Shown one piece after another: positions 26,869 through 36,831 of a stretch of DNA of 52,764 nt. The DNA is from a virus. Its lineage: Duplodnaviria > Caudoviricetes. Under the pieces are notes generated by a model. That model searched no databases and was not told where the DNA came from. It saw nothing but the letters and a program-made list of their open reading frames with translations. The stretch is taken from positions 1 through 52,764 of IMG/VR virus record IMGVR_UViG_3300036851_000303; one strand, written 5' to 3'. Both the position numbers and the translations under genes were made by a program. Each line of letters begins with the position of its first letter. The stretch's first letter is position 1.

Positions 26869-28221
26869 ATGGCCGACCGCCAGTCCACCCCCGCTGACGA
26901 CGACGTCATCCGTAACTACGAGTTCGGCGCCGATGGTGTCGATCTCGTCACGGATCCGCTCCATCTGTCGACGAAAGCGTTGACCCAGGCACAGAACGCC
27001 GAGATGGCGCCGGATGAGTCCAAGGGTGGGCGGCTCGTGCTCAGTAAGCGGGGTGGGCTGGCGATCCTCAACGGGTCGGCGCTCGCGGGGACAGTACTTG
27101 GGCTCCTCGGACTCCCACTGAAGACGACGTACACCAAGACGCTGTACGCCGCTCGGCAGACCGAAGACACGAATAGCTTTACGAAGACCACGAACGGGAC
27201 GACGTGGGCGGACACGAGCACCCCGCTCGACCCTGCCGCGAACGACAAGTATCAGGACAACACGAACGAGCAGACACAGCGCCGGCACGCCTCGTTCAAG
27301 AATTTCATCGTCTACCCCGGCGACGGGTACACCCAGGACACCGACAACCCGACTATCGCGTTGTGGGACGGGACGGAAGCGTCGACTGTCACCACCGTCC
27401 CCATCGGCCCGAGCAGCAACGGTAACCCCCCGTTCGTCATCACCGACGTGCTGACCGCGAACGGGACGACCTACCTCGCCATCAGCGATCCCGGCGGGTC
27501 CGCTCCTGATCGCCCTGGGCGCGTGCTCGCCATCGACCTCACCACGGGGACGATGCGCCAGATCGCGAGTGCGTTCGGGGGTGGTACCGGGGAAGTCTCG
27601 GGGGGCGCCCCAGCGTGCCTTACGTTCTACATGAACCAGCTCTGGGTCGGGCTCAACGGCGAGTCCACCACGGATGGGATCGGGAAGATCGTCCGGTGCT
27701 ACCCCGACGTCGATACGAGCTGGACAACGGACGTGTCGAACCTGCGCTCGCACATCACCTCCCTCGTCGCGTTCAAGGGGGATCTGTACGCCACCACGCG
27801 GTCGTCGGTATCGGCGGGTGCCACGATCACGAAGCGCAGCGTGACGGCGGGGACGTGGGCGACACAGGTGACGAGCGGTGGTGGGGCGGGCGGAACGGGG
27901 CACTACGCGCACCTGATTGTGTACAGCAGTGCGCTCTACGCGGTGGAGTACCACTCGACGACCCCGATTATCCACATCGTCACGTCCACGGACGGCGCGA
28001 GCTGGTCAACGAGTCGTGATGTCGATTCAGTGGATGGCGGGGTAGCGGGGAACCTCCCCGGCGGGTCAGTCCTCTTCGGGAGCGATCTCTACGTCTCCTT
28101 CCGCTCCCTCAGCGTGAGCGCGACAGACGGGTTCATCATGCGCCGCGCGAGTGGCTCGTGGACAAAGGTACTCACGGATAACATCGGCGGCCCGATGGCG
28201 GTCCTGACGGAGACGTCGTAA
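26869..28221 (+). CDS. beta-propeller tail protein
   Basis: Repeated TTNGTTW/STDGASW Asp-box-like and FKGDLYA blade motifs. Confidence 0.65.
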   Translation: MADRQSTPADDDVIRNYEFGADGVDLVTDPLHLSTKALTQAQNAEMAPDESKGGRLVLSKRGGLAILNGSALAGTVLGLLGLPLKTTYTKTLYAARQTEDTNSFTKTTNGTTWADTSTPLDPAANDKYQDNTNEQTQRRHASFKNFIVYPGDGYTQDTDNPTIALWDGTEASTVTTVPIGPSSNGNPPFVITDVLTANGTTYLAISDPGGSAPDRPGRVLAIDLTTGTMRQIASAFGGGTGEVSGGAPACLTFYMNQLWVGLNGESTTDGIGKIVRCYPDVDTSWTTDVSNLRSHITSLVAFKGDLYATTRSSVSAGATITKRSVTAGTWATQVTSGGGAGGTGHYAHLIVYSSALYAVEYHSTTPIIHIVTSTDGASWSTSRDVDSVDGGVAGNLPGGSVLFGSDLYVSFRSLSVSATDGFIMRRASGSWTKVLTDNIGGPMAVLTETS

Positions 28222-29825
28222 TGGCATTTCTCATCGCTCAGGGCGCGGGATCGCTCTACAAAATCGACCTCACCACGGGCACCGAGACAGCGCTCACCCT
28301 TCCGACCGGGGTGACGCTCTCGACGACGCGAAAGCCGAAGTTCGCGGTGCTGAAGAACTTCGTCGTCATGGTCAATTCGCCTTCGCGGAACCTCGCCATC
28401 GACGCGGAAGGCACCGTACGCGTCCTCGTCCCCGTCCCTCCGACTCACGGCCCTGATCCGAGCGTCACTGGAACCGGCCTCACGGGGTCGTTCAAGTACT
28501 ACCAGGACTTTTTCGTGAAGGACAGCGACGGCAACGTCCTGATGCGGTCGCCTCTGAGCGACTTCTACAAGGAGATTTCGCCTGCGAACCAGAGCGTCCT
28601 GCTGTCCGACATCGCGAACTCTCCTGACTCCGTCACCGGCAAGGGCATCTACCGGAACCTCACAGGCGGCACCGCGAAGTTCCACCTCCTCGACATCGAG
28701 GACAACACCACACGGAGCATTCTTGACGGCGCCTCCGACGATACCCTCGAACTCCTGCCCTCGATGGCGGACGAACTCCTCTCCCCGCCTGGCACCGTCC
28801 CCGGCGTGCGGATGAAGACCATCGTCGAGTGGAAGTCTCGGCTGTTCGGGGTGTCGAACATCGACCCAGATACCGTCTGGATCACAGAGCAGAACAAGCC
28901 GTGGGCGTGGACGCACAAGCTCGTCGCGCACCCGAGCGGGAGCGACCACATCGGCATCGTCGGCTTCGCGCCGCGCCGGGACCATCTGGGCATCATCAAG
29001 CGCAACGGAGTGTGGCAGATTTCCGCGCAATCGGGCAGCACGGGCATCGATCTCGACGACGTGTCGGTGCAGCAGATCTCCCCCCGCGGCGGTAGCCTCT
29101 CCCCAGACACGATTGTCGTGTGGAACGACCGCGCGTGGTGGCTCGGGAACGACGGGTGGTACGAGTGGTCGTACGAGGGGGTCAAGAACATCAGCGACGA
29201 ACTCGTGGCCCCGTGGTTCACCAGCGACACATACTTCACCCGCTCCCGGTTCCCGAACGCGTTCGCCAAGATGAACGAGGCACGGCAGTGCGTCGAGCTG
29301 CATCTCGCCGCAGCGGGGTCGAGTGTTGAAGATCGGTGGGTGCAGTTCAGCCTCCTGACGCGGAAGTTCTACGGGCCGCACAAGACCGGCCTCTTCACGC
29401 CGAGCCACGCGGCACATCTGGTGGACGAGAACGGCCTCCCGGTGTGCATCGTCGGCGGCTCGAATGGGGTCGTGTACACCGCGAACTCCGCCAACGCCCG
29501 TGACGGCGCCGCGACCGCGATCGACATGGACTGCTACGGGCCGTTCCACCACGGGGGCAACCCGGACGCGTTCCACCACTTCGGCGAACTGTCGTTCCTC
29601 AGCAAGATCCAGGGAAGCGGGAACCTCACGATTACGCCGTACGTGGGCGGACTGGACGCGTCTGCTGGAGCCACGATCTCGCACGACATGACGCTTGGGC
29701 GACAGCTCCTCCGCCGGCTCGGACAGGGGCGGTTGGTGCGGCTGCGGGTGCAGCAAGCCACCGTCAACGTCGCGGCGGTGCCGTACGGGTACGAGTTCCC
29801 AGCCTTTGAGATTGCGCGGCGTTAG
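28221..29825 (+). CDS. tail nozzle/stabilization protein (P22 gp10/T7 gp12-like)
   Basis: WKSRLFG..DTVW, AWWLGNDG propeller motifs; position after the adaptor. Confidence 0.65.
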   Translation: MAFLIAQGAGSLYKIDLTTGTETALTLPTGVTLSTTRKPKFAVLKNFVVMVNSPSRNLAIDAEGTVRVLVPVPPTHGPDPSVTGTGLTGSFKYYQDFFVKDSDGNVLMRSPLSDFYKEISPANQSVLLSDIANSPDSVTGKGIYRNLTGGTAKFHLLDIEDNTTRSILDGASDDTLELLPSMADELLSPPGTVPGVRMKTIVEWKSRLFGVSNIDPDTVWITEQNKPWAWTHKLVAHPSGSDHIGIVGFAPRRDHLGIIKRNGVWQISAQSGSTGIDLDDVSVQQISPRGGSLSPDTIVVWNDRAWWLGNDGWYEWSYEGVKNISDELVAPWFTSDTYFTRSRFPNAFAKMNEARQCVELHLAAAGSSVEDRWVQFSLLTRKFYGPHKTGLFTPSHAAHLVDENGLPVCIVGGSNGVVYTANSANARDGAATAIDMDCYGPFHHGGNPDAFHHFGELSFLSKIQGSGNLTITPYVGGLDASAGATISHDMTLGRQLLRRLGQGRLVRLRVQQATVNVAAVPYGYEFPAFEIARR

Positions 29826-30800
29826 ATGAGCGACAAACTCATTACCGTCAAGCCGTACACCCTCGCGGGCACCCGCGAGATGGAGGACGCCGATCAGATG
29901 TTCGGGATCCTCTTCAACAACATGGCGAAGTTGAAGGCGGCGGTCGGGCTGACGGGCGATGACGACGATACGGATACCGGTATCAACGTCACCGAATGGC
30001 TCAAAGGTCCGTGGACACTCGACAAGGTCAAGCCCACTGACAACATCGCGGTCATTCGTCAGGATCCCGTCAGCGGTACCACGTACGATGATTTCGCACC
30101 GGAGGGGATCGATACCGCCGTCGCGATCGAATTAGAGCCTACCGGTAACATCACGATCACTGGCATCAAGCAGTACGCGCGCATTCGACGACTGCTCGGG
30201 ATCATCAACCGCGACTCCTCGGCGCAGATCACACTGACCGACGAGGGCGCGGGAAGTATCGCCCGGTACCGTTTCGACCTCCCTGACAATCTCAGTGTTG
30301 TTATTGGGCCGAAACAGGCCGCGTGGATGTACTACAACATCGGGTCCGAGCGGTGGCAGTTGTTCATCACGCCGCATGTGTCTGGTGGGTTGGCCAGCAG
30401 TGCATCAACATTCGGGACCGCGTCCGTTACTCTCACTCATACGCAGATGCAGTCGCTGAATACCTCGCCCGTGCAGATCAAGGCGGCCGAGTCGGGCAAG
30501 ATCATCGTGCCGTTTCACTGGACGATGCAGCAGGAGATGGGCGCGACGATCTTCAGTGCGGCACCAGTCGTCACACCCGCGTACGCCGGATCCAGCACGG
30601 CGCTGTGCGCGTCACTGTCTGTCTCGAATGTGGCAAACCGCAACCAGACGCAACACGACATCGGCTCAGCGTTTTCGGGTGGCGCGGGGACCAGTTACTC
30701 CAATACCGCTGTAAACATCCGCAGTTCGGCGGATCGGACCGATGGATCGGGGACATTCACGTTCTCGATTGCGTACCACCTGATCGATTCGGTGTTTTAG
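29826..30800 (+). CDS. tail fibre/spike protein
   Basis: Beta-rich Ser/Thr C-terminal domain, tail module position. Confidence 0.55.
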   Translation: MSDKLITVKPYTLAGTREMEDADQMFGILFNNMAKLKAAVGLTGDDDDTDTGINVTEWLKGPWTLDKVKPTDNIAVIRQDPVSGTTYDDFAPEGIDTAVAIELEPTGNITITGIKQYARIRRLLGIINRDSSAQITLTDEGAGSIARYRFDLPDNLSVVIGPKQAAWMYYNIGSERWQLFITPHVSGGLASSASTFGTASVTLTHTQMQSLNTSPVQIKAAESGKIIVPFHWTMQQEMGATIFSAAPVVTPAYAGSSTALCASLSVSNVANRNQTQHDIGSAFSGGAGTSYSNTAVNIRSSADRTDGSGTFTFSIAYHLIDSVF

Positions 30801-30806
30801 GGTTCG

Positions 30807-30825
30807 GCAAGAATCGTGCCAGAAT
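30807..30825. promoter_or_regulatory. second copy of GCAAGwATCGTGCCAGAAT (reverse sigma54 site / forward -10)
   Basis: 18/19 identical to 17783-17801; intergenic, 8 nt before ATG 30834. Confidence 0.55.
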
Positions 30826-30833
30826 AGAAACAT

Positions 30834-31106
30834 ATGGGACGCGAAGCTCGGCGGAAAGCGGCGGAACGGCAGATCAAGAAGGTTGAGGCGTGGAAGGCGG
30901 GGGTGCCAACGCTGGTGCAACTTACGCAGGACGCGTACAAAGCACTGCAAACGGCGATGGAGAACTCGGTCAAGGTCGAAGGTGTTATCGTGCAACTCCG
31001 TCGCGCCGCCGAGCAACAGCGCCGTGACGCGATGATCGCCGCTGGCCTGATCCCCGGCCACACGTACCGAATGAACGCGGATCGGCTGACCGCGGAACTG
31101 GTGTAA
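30834..31106 (+). CDS. small coiled-coil protein
   Basis: 90-aa helical ORF. Confidence 0.6.
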   Translation: MGREARRKAAERQIKKVEAWKAGVPTLVQLTQDAYKALQTAMENSVKVEGVIVQLRRAAEQQRRDAMIAAGLIPGHTYRMNADRLTAELV

Positions 31107-31110
31107 CGGC

Positions 31111-31941
31111 ATGGCAGGTAAGGTTCTTCCGTCGAGTGGGATCAGTCCGGCGAGGGTCCGTAGCGATAGGCCTCAATCTATCGGGATCGGCGCCCCCGCC
31201 CCTACAGCAGGAGTGGCGTACAACCCTGGACAGGACCTGTCAGGGCGCGATCGTACTTACGGCGTACAGCGAGAGCAAGAGGCGGCAATGGCACCGCAGT
31301 GGGCGTCGTACGCGCATTACGAGAACGCGGAAGCGGAGCGGGCGCGCGCTAGCAACGAGCGGATGGCGCAACAGCAAGTGCCGTTGGCGCGCACGTCGTC
31401 AGGCCCCGGGTCGTCTACGCTGTCGATACCGCAGCTCCCGCCGCCAAAGGTCCCCGGGCCGTCGTATCAGGAAGTGTGGGCGCGTGAGGACAAGCTGCGG
31501 GCGGAGGACCGTAGTCGAATGAGCGCGGGCCGCGAGAAAGCCCTCGCGGGGTTGCAGGGGATCTTGTCCGAGAGTTCGGCTCCGGTCCCGTTCAACCGTC
31601 AGGATTCGCCGGAGTTGGAGGGCGCGAACGCGCTCGCGTACGGGCGTGCGAAGGACCGCATTGGGCGGGAACGACTGAACGCGGTACGGTCATTCCAAGG
31701 CGTCATGGATACCCGCGGACTAGCCGGAAGCACGGGACGGAGTTTCGAGAGCGGCGGGGTCGGCAACATCCTCGCAGGCGGCCTCGATGAACTCGGCGAC
31801 GTGTCGCTCGCGCAGGCGCAGGATACGGTCGGGCGGAATCGCGCGGTGTACGACCAGCAGGTACAAGCGCAGGAACGGCGGAAGCAAATTGCACTCAGTG
31901 CGCTGGCGGCGTTGTACCAGCAGTACGGGATGGCGGTGTAA
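31111..31941 (+). CDS. putative DNA ejection (internal virion) protein
   Basis: Ala/Gln/Gly-rich helical protein after the tail genes. Confidence 0.55.
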   Translation: MAGKVLPSSGISPARVRSDRPQSIGIGAPAPTAGVAYNPGQDLSGRDRTYGVQREQEAAMAPQWASYAHYENAEAERARASNERMAQQQVPLARTSSGPGSSTLSIPQLPPPKVPGPSYQEVWAREDKLRAEDRSRMSAGREKALAGLQGILSESSAPVPFNRQDSPELEGANALAYGRAKDRIGRERLNAVRSFQGVMDTRGLAGSTGRSFESGGVGNILAGGLDELGDVSLAQAQDTVGRNRAVYDQQVQAQERRKQIALSALAALYQQYGMAV

Positions 31942-32789
31942 TGACGAACGCGTTCTCAATGTCGCTTGATGCCAGGTCGCGGGCGCGACAGGCACGGAAC
32001 TCGCGATCCATCCACGAACCAAGGCCGATTAACAGCCTCCCAGACCCGCGGTGGGACACGTATTTTCAGATGCTGCAGGATCGCGGGGTCTCGAAAATGG
32101 CGGATGCGTCGGTCGGGGCGAAACGTGGGATGTTCCCGGCGGCTCGCGCGCCGTACGCACCCACAGGACCAAACGCGATCCGCCCACAGAAACCGATTCA
32201 GTCTCATCCAACCATTGGTGGTGATATGCGCTCCATGATGCCGACGACAACCTACGGCGCCGACGCGGAAATCGCTCGTCGCAGTCGCGAACTCGCGCTC
32301 CAAGGGCTTGAGGCTGGGCGGGAGCAGTTCCGCCTCGCGGGTGAGCCGCAGGCATGGCAGCAGCAGCGGCGGAACATCGGTGCGCACGGGACGATCGAGG
32401 CGCCAAACGAGTTCGCGTTGCGGATGGGGCGAGAAGGTGCGGCGGAGCTGACCGATCCGAGTACCCCGCGTGGGGCACTGCGCGAGCAGGAAGTCGGCGA
32501 GAAGCTGGAGGGCATCTACCGCCAGAACGTCTTGCCGGCGCAGATCGGCGCGCAGTCGCGGCTCGGGGTTGCCGACATCAATGCCGGGGCGGATCGGTAC
32601 GCGGCGGATCGGCGGACTGAGGCTGCGCAGGCTGGGGACATGGAACAGCGGCGCGCGGCGGCACTGCGGGCGTTGACGGATCTCATTGGGTTCGATACCA
32701 GTGAGTTCGAGGACACCGAGCTTGACGAACTCGAAGACGCGCGGCGTCGAGCGCGCAACCTGTACGGCGACGACATCGAACTCCGGTAG
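31941..32789 (+). CDS. putative DNA ejection protein
   Basis: Helical, low complexity, TAATG overlap. Confidence 0.55.
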   Translation: MTNAFSMSLDARSRARQARNSRSIHEPRPINSLPDPRWDTYFQMLQDRGVSKMADASVGAKRGMFPAARAPYAPTGPNAIRPQKPIQSHPTIGGDMRSMMPTTTYGADAEIARRSRELALQGLEAGREQFRLAGEPQAWQQQRRNIGAHGTIEAPNEFALRMGREGAAELTDPSTPRGALREQEVGEKLEGIYRQNVLPAQIGAQSRLGVADINAGADRYAADRRTEAAQAGDMEQRRAAALRALTDLIGFDTSEFEDTELDELEDARRRARNLYGDDIELR

Positions 32790-32791
32790 TC

Positions 32792-35455
32792 ATGCCGTCG
32801 CGCACCTACACTAACGCTGACGCGAATCGCCAGTACGGCAAGGGTCGCACCGAGTTCGGCTCGTGGATGCGCCCTCTGAGCGGGCGGGTGGATCCGTACG
32901 CGGGGCTGGAGGACACCCCCGACATCGACAGCGTCATTCGCGACGCCAAGGATACGTACCGGCGTACAGCCGGGCGGGGCGCTGGTGTGGTCGACGAGAC
33001 ACTGCGTCGGCTGGACTACGACCGCGCTGAAGAGAGCGCACGCCGCAAGTCGAACCCGCTCACGTCACTGGTGACGTCGGTGTTCTCGCCCGAGCAGCGC
33101 GAGTCTGTGGCGCGGCGGATTGAGGGCGATAGTCGGAACAAGGAGGGCGTCTGGCCTCGGTTGCGGAGCTTTGCTGCTGGCGCGGTCGGTGGCGCCGGAG
33201 AGGGCTCTGAGTGGGGCGGCGCGATGGGCGAGATTTCGCCCCTGAACGTTGCCACCGGGTTCGGTGTCACCAAGAACCTCCCCGCGATCTCGGCGGTACG
33301 TGGGATGTCTCGTGCGGCCCAGCGGGTTGCGCGTCGTTCGACCCCGCGGAGCTGGGCACAGGGGATGGAAGAACTCGGCGATATCGCGGTTCCGTCTTAT
33401 AATCCCCCCACATCAGGCGTAACGGATGGAGGGGGTATGGCTCGCAATCGCGGTGGGTTCATGTCCTGGCTACGGGGGAACGGCGACCAGACGGGGAAGA
33501 CACTGGATCCGCGGAAGGCACTGGATCCGAATACGTGGAGCGGCGTCCCTGACCGTCCTGCTCCGGTACGGCGCGCCGCTGATGTACCGCCGACGCGCGA
33601 CGATGGCTCGCGGCTCGCGTCACAGTTGGGCCTTGGGCGGCTCCGTCCACGCGAAACCCCGACTGTTGAAGAGGCGTTGACCGACGCACTCGAAGCGGCT
33701 CGCGCGCCACAGCAGCCCACGCGTGTCTCCATGCCCACCGCTGCTGAAGTCGTCCCTCGCAGCGGCACGGCATCCGGCGCGGAGTCCCTCGCGCGTCGTG
33801 CTGAACAGGCGAGTCGCGCCCCGCAGCCGACACTGAACGAATGGGAACTGATGGACGACCCCGTCTTGAGCGTGGTCGACGATATTCCCACGCCGCAGGC
33901 CGCCACCGCCGATCCGAACGAGATGGCGTCGTTCCTGAATCGGTTTATGAATCTGCGGGGCGCTGGGCCGCGTCGCGCACTCGCAGGGGAGGCACCGCCG
34001 GCCGCTGTCACACCGACACCAGATGCGCCGGTCCCATCTCTGCGCGACGTGTTCGCCGGGGAGCGCCCGATGCAACGTGGTGGCGGGCAGCTCGCCCCAC
34101 AGACCGACCCCGCCCGTCTCCTCCCCGCGTTCGGCGAAACCGCGGAAGGCATGGCCCCGCAGCGGCTCGGGATCGGGCGGCCGACGCGCACCCTGCGACC
34201 GGAAGCCACGACCATGCAGCTCGCGAATGAGCTGGCGCAGTCGCAGCTCGGGCCGGGCGCGCGCGTGAAGTCGTTGAAGTCGTACCTGCGCCCCGAGGGG
34301 AGTGACGAACTGTCGAAGGCGCTTCGGCAGCGGGCGCATATCGCGGACTCCGGGGCGAAGCGACAGGGGATTGGGAGCGAGGCGGGCCAGATCGATCCCG
34401 CCCTCCTCGGGTTCGCGGCGCGTACCGGCGGCGGTGCGCTCGTCGGGAGTGCGAAACCGGAGTGGGTCGGCGCCGACGAGGGTGAGCACGTCGAAGGCGG
34501 CGTGAAGGGTGGGCTCCTTGGCGCCGTAGCCCCGAGTATTGCTCGTGGCCTTGGGCGCATCGCGAAGGCCGTGCCGCAAGGACTCCGTCCGCTTGGTCGC
34601 CAGATCATCGACGAAGTGCAGAACCTCCGGTACATGGGGGCGTTGTCGGGGCGCGCTATCCCGAAGTCGATCGCGGGCAACATCGGGGCGCCGTTTATTG
34701 CTGCGGCGGAACGAGGGACCACGGCACCAATTCGGGAGTTCTTCAACCCACGCACCGTGCGTACGTGGTTACGCGAACTGCGTAACCCAACTGTCGATGC
34801 TCACACGATGGAGCAGCAGGCGTCGCCCAATCTGTTCGGGCGCATCCTGGGTGCGGGTGACGTCGCGACGACGGAAGCTCTGGAGCGCGTGCCGGGGATC
34901 TCGGGTGAAGACGCGGCGCGGTATCTGCTGCGGACGCCTACGGGCAAGCTCGGGTTTACTGGTCCAGTCGACAAGGTGCTGAAGTCGCGGCTCGGTAAAG
35001 CGGGCCTGATGTTCCAAACGACGCCGCTCAACCAAGCGGTACACGGGGCGAGTGCGGTAGCTGGCGTCAACGCACCGCAGGGTGTGTCACCCAATCGTAT
35101 GCGTGCCCTCGCAGGACTGGCGGCGACCGCTGGTGGCGCCCAGGTCGGACTGACCGAGGATTTCGACGATCCGCTCGACATCGCCATGACGGCACCACTC
35201 CTCGGGCCGTACTCAGTTCCGTACCTTGCAGCAGCCGCGGCAGCGAAGGTCGCCGAGCGCGGGATCGGAGAGGCGCGCGAGATCGCCCGCGGCATCTCGC
35301 CGGCCCCGGAACTCGGGATGGACGTCATCAACCCGAAGCAGTACCTCCGCCCGATCCTGCGACCGGCGATCGATACCTACTTCCCCGAGAAGTCCGCGGG
35401 GCAAGGTCGAACCCGCCGCGCCAAGGCATCCCGTAGTCGTCGTCCTCGACAGTAG
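32792..35455 (+). CDS. large putative DNA ejection protein
   Basis: 887 aa, Ala/Gly/Arg-rich with glycine-zipper segments. Confidence 0.6.
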   Translation: MPSRTYTNADANRQYGKGRTEFGSWMRPLSGRVDPYAGLEDTPDIDSVIRDAKDTYRRTAGRGAGVVDETLRRLDYDRAEESARRKSNPLTSLVTSVFSPEQRESVARRIEGDSRNKEGVWPRLRSFAAGAVGGAGEGSEWGGAMGEISPLNVATGFGVTKNLPAISAVRGMSRAAQRVARRSTPRSWAQGMEELGDIAVPSYNPPTSGVTDGGGMARNRGGFMSWLRGNGDQTGKTLDPRKALDPNTWSGVPDRPAPVRRAADVPPTRDDGSRLASQLGLGRLRPRETPTVEEALTDALEAARAPQQPTRVSMPTAAEVVPRSGTASGAESLARRAEQASRAPQPTLNEWELMDDPVLSVVDDIPTPQAATADPNEMASFLNRFMNLRGAGPRRALAGEAPPAAVTPTPDAPVPSLRDVFAGERPMQRGGGQLAPQTDPARLLPAFGETAEGMAPQRLGIGRPTRTLRPEATTMQLANELAQSQLGPGARVKSLKSYLRPEGSDELSKALRQRAHIADSGAKRQGIGSEAGQIDPALLGFAARTGGGALVGSAKPEWVGADEGEHVEGGVKGGLLGAVAPSIARGLGRIAKAVPQGLRPLGRQIIDEVQNLRYMGALSGRAIPKSIAGNIGAPFIAAAERGTTAPIREFFNPRTVRTWLRELRNPTVDAHTMEQQASPNLFGRILGAGDVATTEALERVPGISGEDAARYLLRTPTGKLGFTGPVDKVLKSRLGKAGLMFQTTPLNQAVHGASAVAGVNAPQGVSPNRMRALAGLAATAGGAQVGLTEDFDDPLDIAMTAPLLGPYSVPYLAAAAAAKVAERGIGEAREIARGISPAPELGMDVINPKQYLRPILRPAIDTYFPEKSAGQGRTRRAKASRSRRPRQ

Positions 35456-35460
35456 GCCCC

Positions 35461-35709
35461 ATGTTGGAACCCTCGAATCAGGAACTCCTCACACATATCC
35501 TCTACATCAAGGAGCGGGTCGACGAGCACACGACCGACGTACGCACCATGCTGACGACGCAGGGTGATCACGAGACGCGGATCACAGTCTTGGAGGAACG
35601 GACCCCCGCTCAATCTGGCCGGGTTGGGGTAGGGGGCATCGTGCGGGCTGCGGGGGCGTTTATTGGTGGGGTAGTTTCGGGCTGGCTTGGCGGGAAGGCC
35701 GGCGGGTAG
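35461..35709 (+). CDS. holin-like protein (coiled coil plus C-terminal TM)
   Basis: HETRITVLE followed by a hydrophobic Gly-rich helix; upstream of the lysin. Confidence 0.5.
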   Translation: MLEPSNQELLTHILYIKERVDEHTTDVRTMLTTQGDHETRITVLEERTPAQSGRVGVGGIVRAAGAFIGGVVSGWLGGKAGG

Positions 35710-35830
35710 CACCCCACAACCCCGCTGCTGCGAGTCCTCCCCACAACAGCGCAAACGCCCAATCCCCTTGAGCGGCGCCTATGCCTACGAAGATCGCGAA
35801 CGGGGTGAGGGCGAGACACCACTTCCACAT
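35660..35830 (-). CDS. small two-TM membrane protein, antisense moron
   Basis: MWKWCLALTPFAIFVGIGAAQGDWAFALLWGGLAAAGLWG; TAGAAT 7 nt before the ATG. Confidence 0.55.
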   Translation of the reverse strand: MWKWCLALTPFAIFVGIGAAQGDWAFALLWGGLAAAGLWGATRRPSRQASPKLPHQ

Positions 35831-35970
35831 GCCGCGCATTCTACACCCGTTAGTATGGTCGAGTTGCACCCTCGTAGCGGATACCCCAACCCGGCCAGAT
35901 AGAGTCGAGCTGTAACCTCCCCACATCAGGATCGTTGACGGCATGAGCCTTGCGACTAGGCCGAACACCC

Positions 35971-36519
35971 ATGAACGCTGAGGATCGCGCCAAGTTACGA
36001 AAACAGTTGGTCTTACACGAAGGTCGTCGAGCTTACCCGTATAAGTGCACGGCGGGGAAGTGGACGATCGGCGTCGGGTTCAATTTCGAGGACCGCGGCC
36101 TTGATGCGCTCTCGAAAGCGATAGGCCGCGAGGTCAATTTCAACGATCTCGTCAGCCGCGGGCTCACCGACGCCGAGATCGACCGCGCGCTTGATCACGA
36201 CATCAACTACTTCGAGGAGCGGGTCCGACACTACTTCCCGCAGTACGACCAACTCGATCCCGTGCGGCAGCGGGTCATTGTCGACTTCGCGTTCAACCTC
36301 GGGAAGCGGGCGCTTGGGTTCACGGCTGCTCTCGCCGCGCTGAAGAACGCCGTCGACTGTAAGAGCCTAGAACGACAGCGGCTCTACTACTGCGAGTGCG
36401 GTGCGCACATGATGAACTCACTGTGGGCGACTCAGGTCGGCGACGGCGCCGGAAAGAGGTACGACCGCGCCGAGCGCCTCGTGAATATGATGCGTTCTGG
36501 TCAGGACTACTCGCGGTGA
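35971..36519 (+). CDS. endolysin, GH24 (T4-like) lysozyme
   Basis: HEG..YPYKCTAGKWTIGVG, FNLG, SLWATQVG..RA.RL. Confidence 0.9.
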   Translation: MNAEDRAKLRKQLVLHEGRRAYPYKCTAGKWTIGVGFNFEDRGLDALSKAIGREVNFNDLVSRGLTDAEIDRALDHDINYFEERVRHYFPQYDQLDPVRQRVIVDFAFNLGKRALGFTAALAALKNAVDCKSLERQRLYYCECGAHMMNSLWATQVGDGAGKRYDRAERLVNMMRSGQDYSR

Positions 36520-36831
36520 ATGTCGGTCGCCAGTCGCATTGCCGCGCGTGCTCGTCAGTGGAAGCGGGGCGTTCGTCCGCGTTGTCGCACATGCGAGGCA
36601 CGTACGGTCGAACGCTCCGCTTGGGTCAATCGGGACCACTACATTTGTGGCCCGTGTTACCGGCAGTTGCCGAGAGTCAAACGAATTCACGACAGTCCGA
36701 AAACACGGGCCGCCCATAGCCGAGCCTACAAGAAATACACCTCGCGCCCAGAGATCAGGGACCACAGACGATGGCATCGACGCAGTTACGAACGACGAAG
36801 AAGACTGGCAACAAGCGTTTCGAGGATCTGA
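36520..36831 (+). CDS. basic zinc-finger protein
   Basis: CRTC..CGPC, Arg-rich. Confidence 0.55.
   Translation: MSVASRIAARARQWKRGVRPRCRTCEARTVERSAWVNRDHYICGPCYRQLPRVKRIHDSPKTRAAHSRAYKKYTSRPEIRDHRRWHRRSYERRRRLATSVSRI

Noticed and set aside
23264-30800. Diversity-generating retroelement or invertible tail-fibre shufflon
   Set aside because: No reverse transcriptase or invertase ORF, and no adenine-mismatched TR/VR pair. The fibre duplication is diverged at synonymous sites.
18470-34755. Long antisense ORFs (18470..20098, 26656..27975, 28089..29756, 33397..34755)
   Set aside because: These are shadow frames of high-GC3 genes, with no recognisable motifs.
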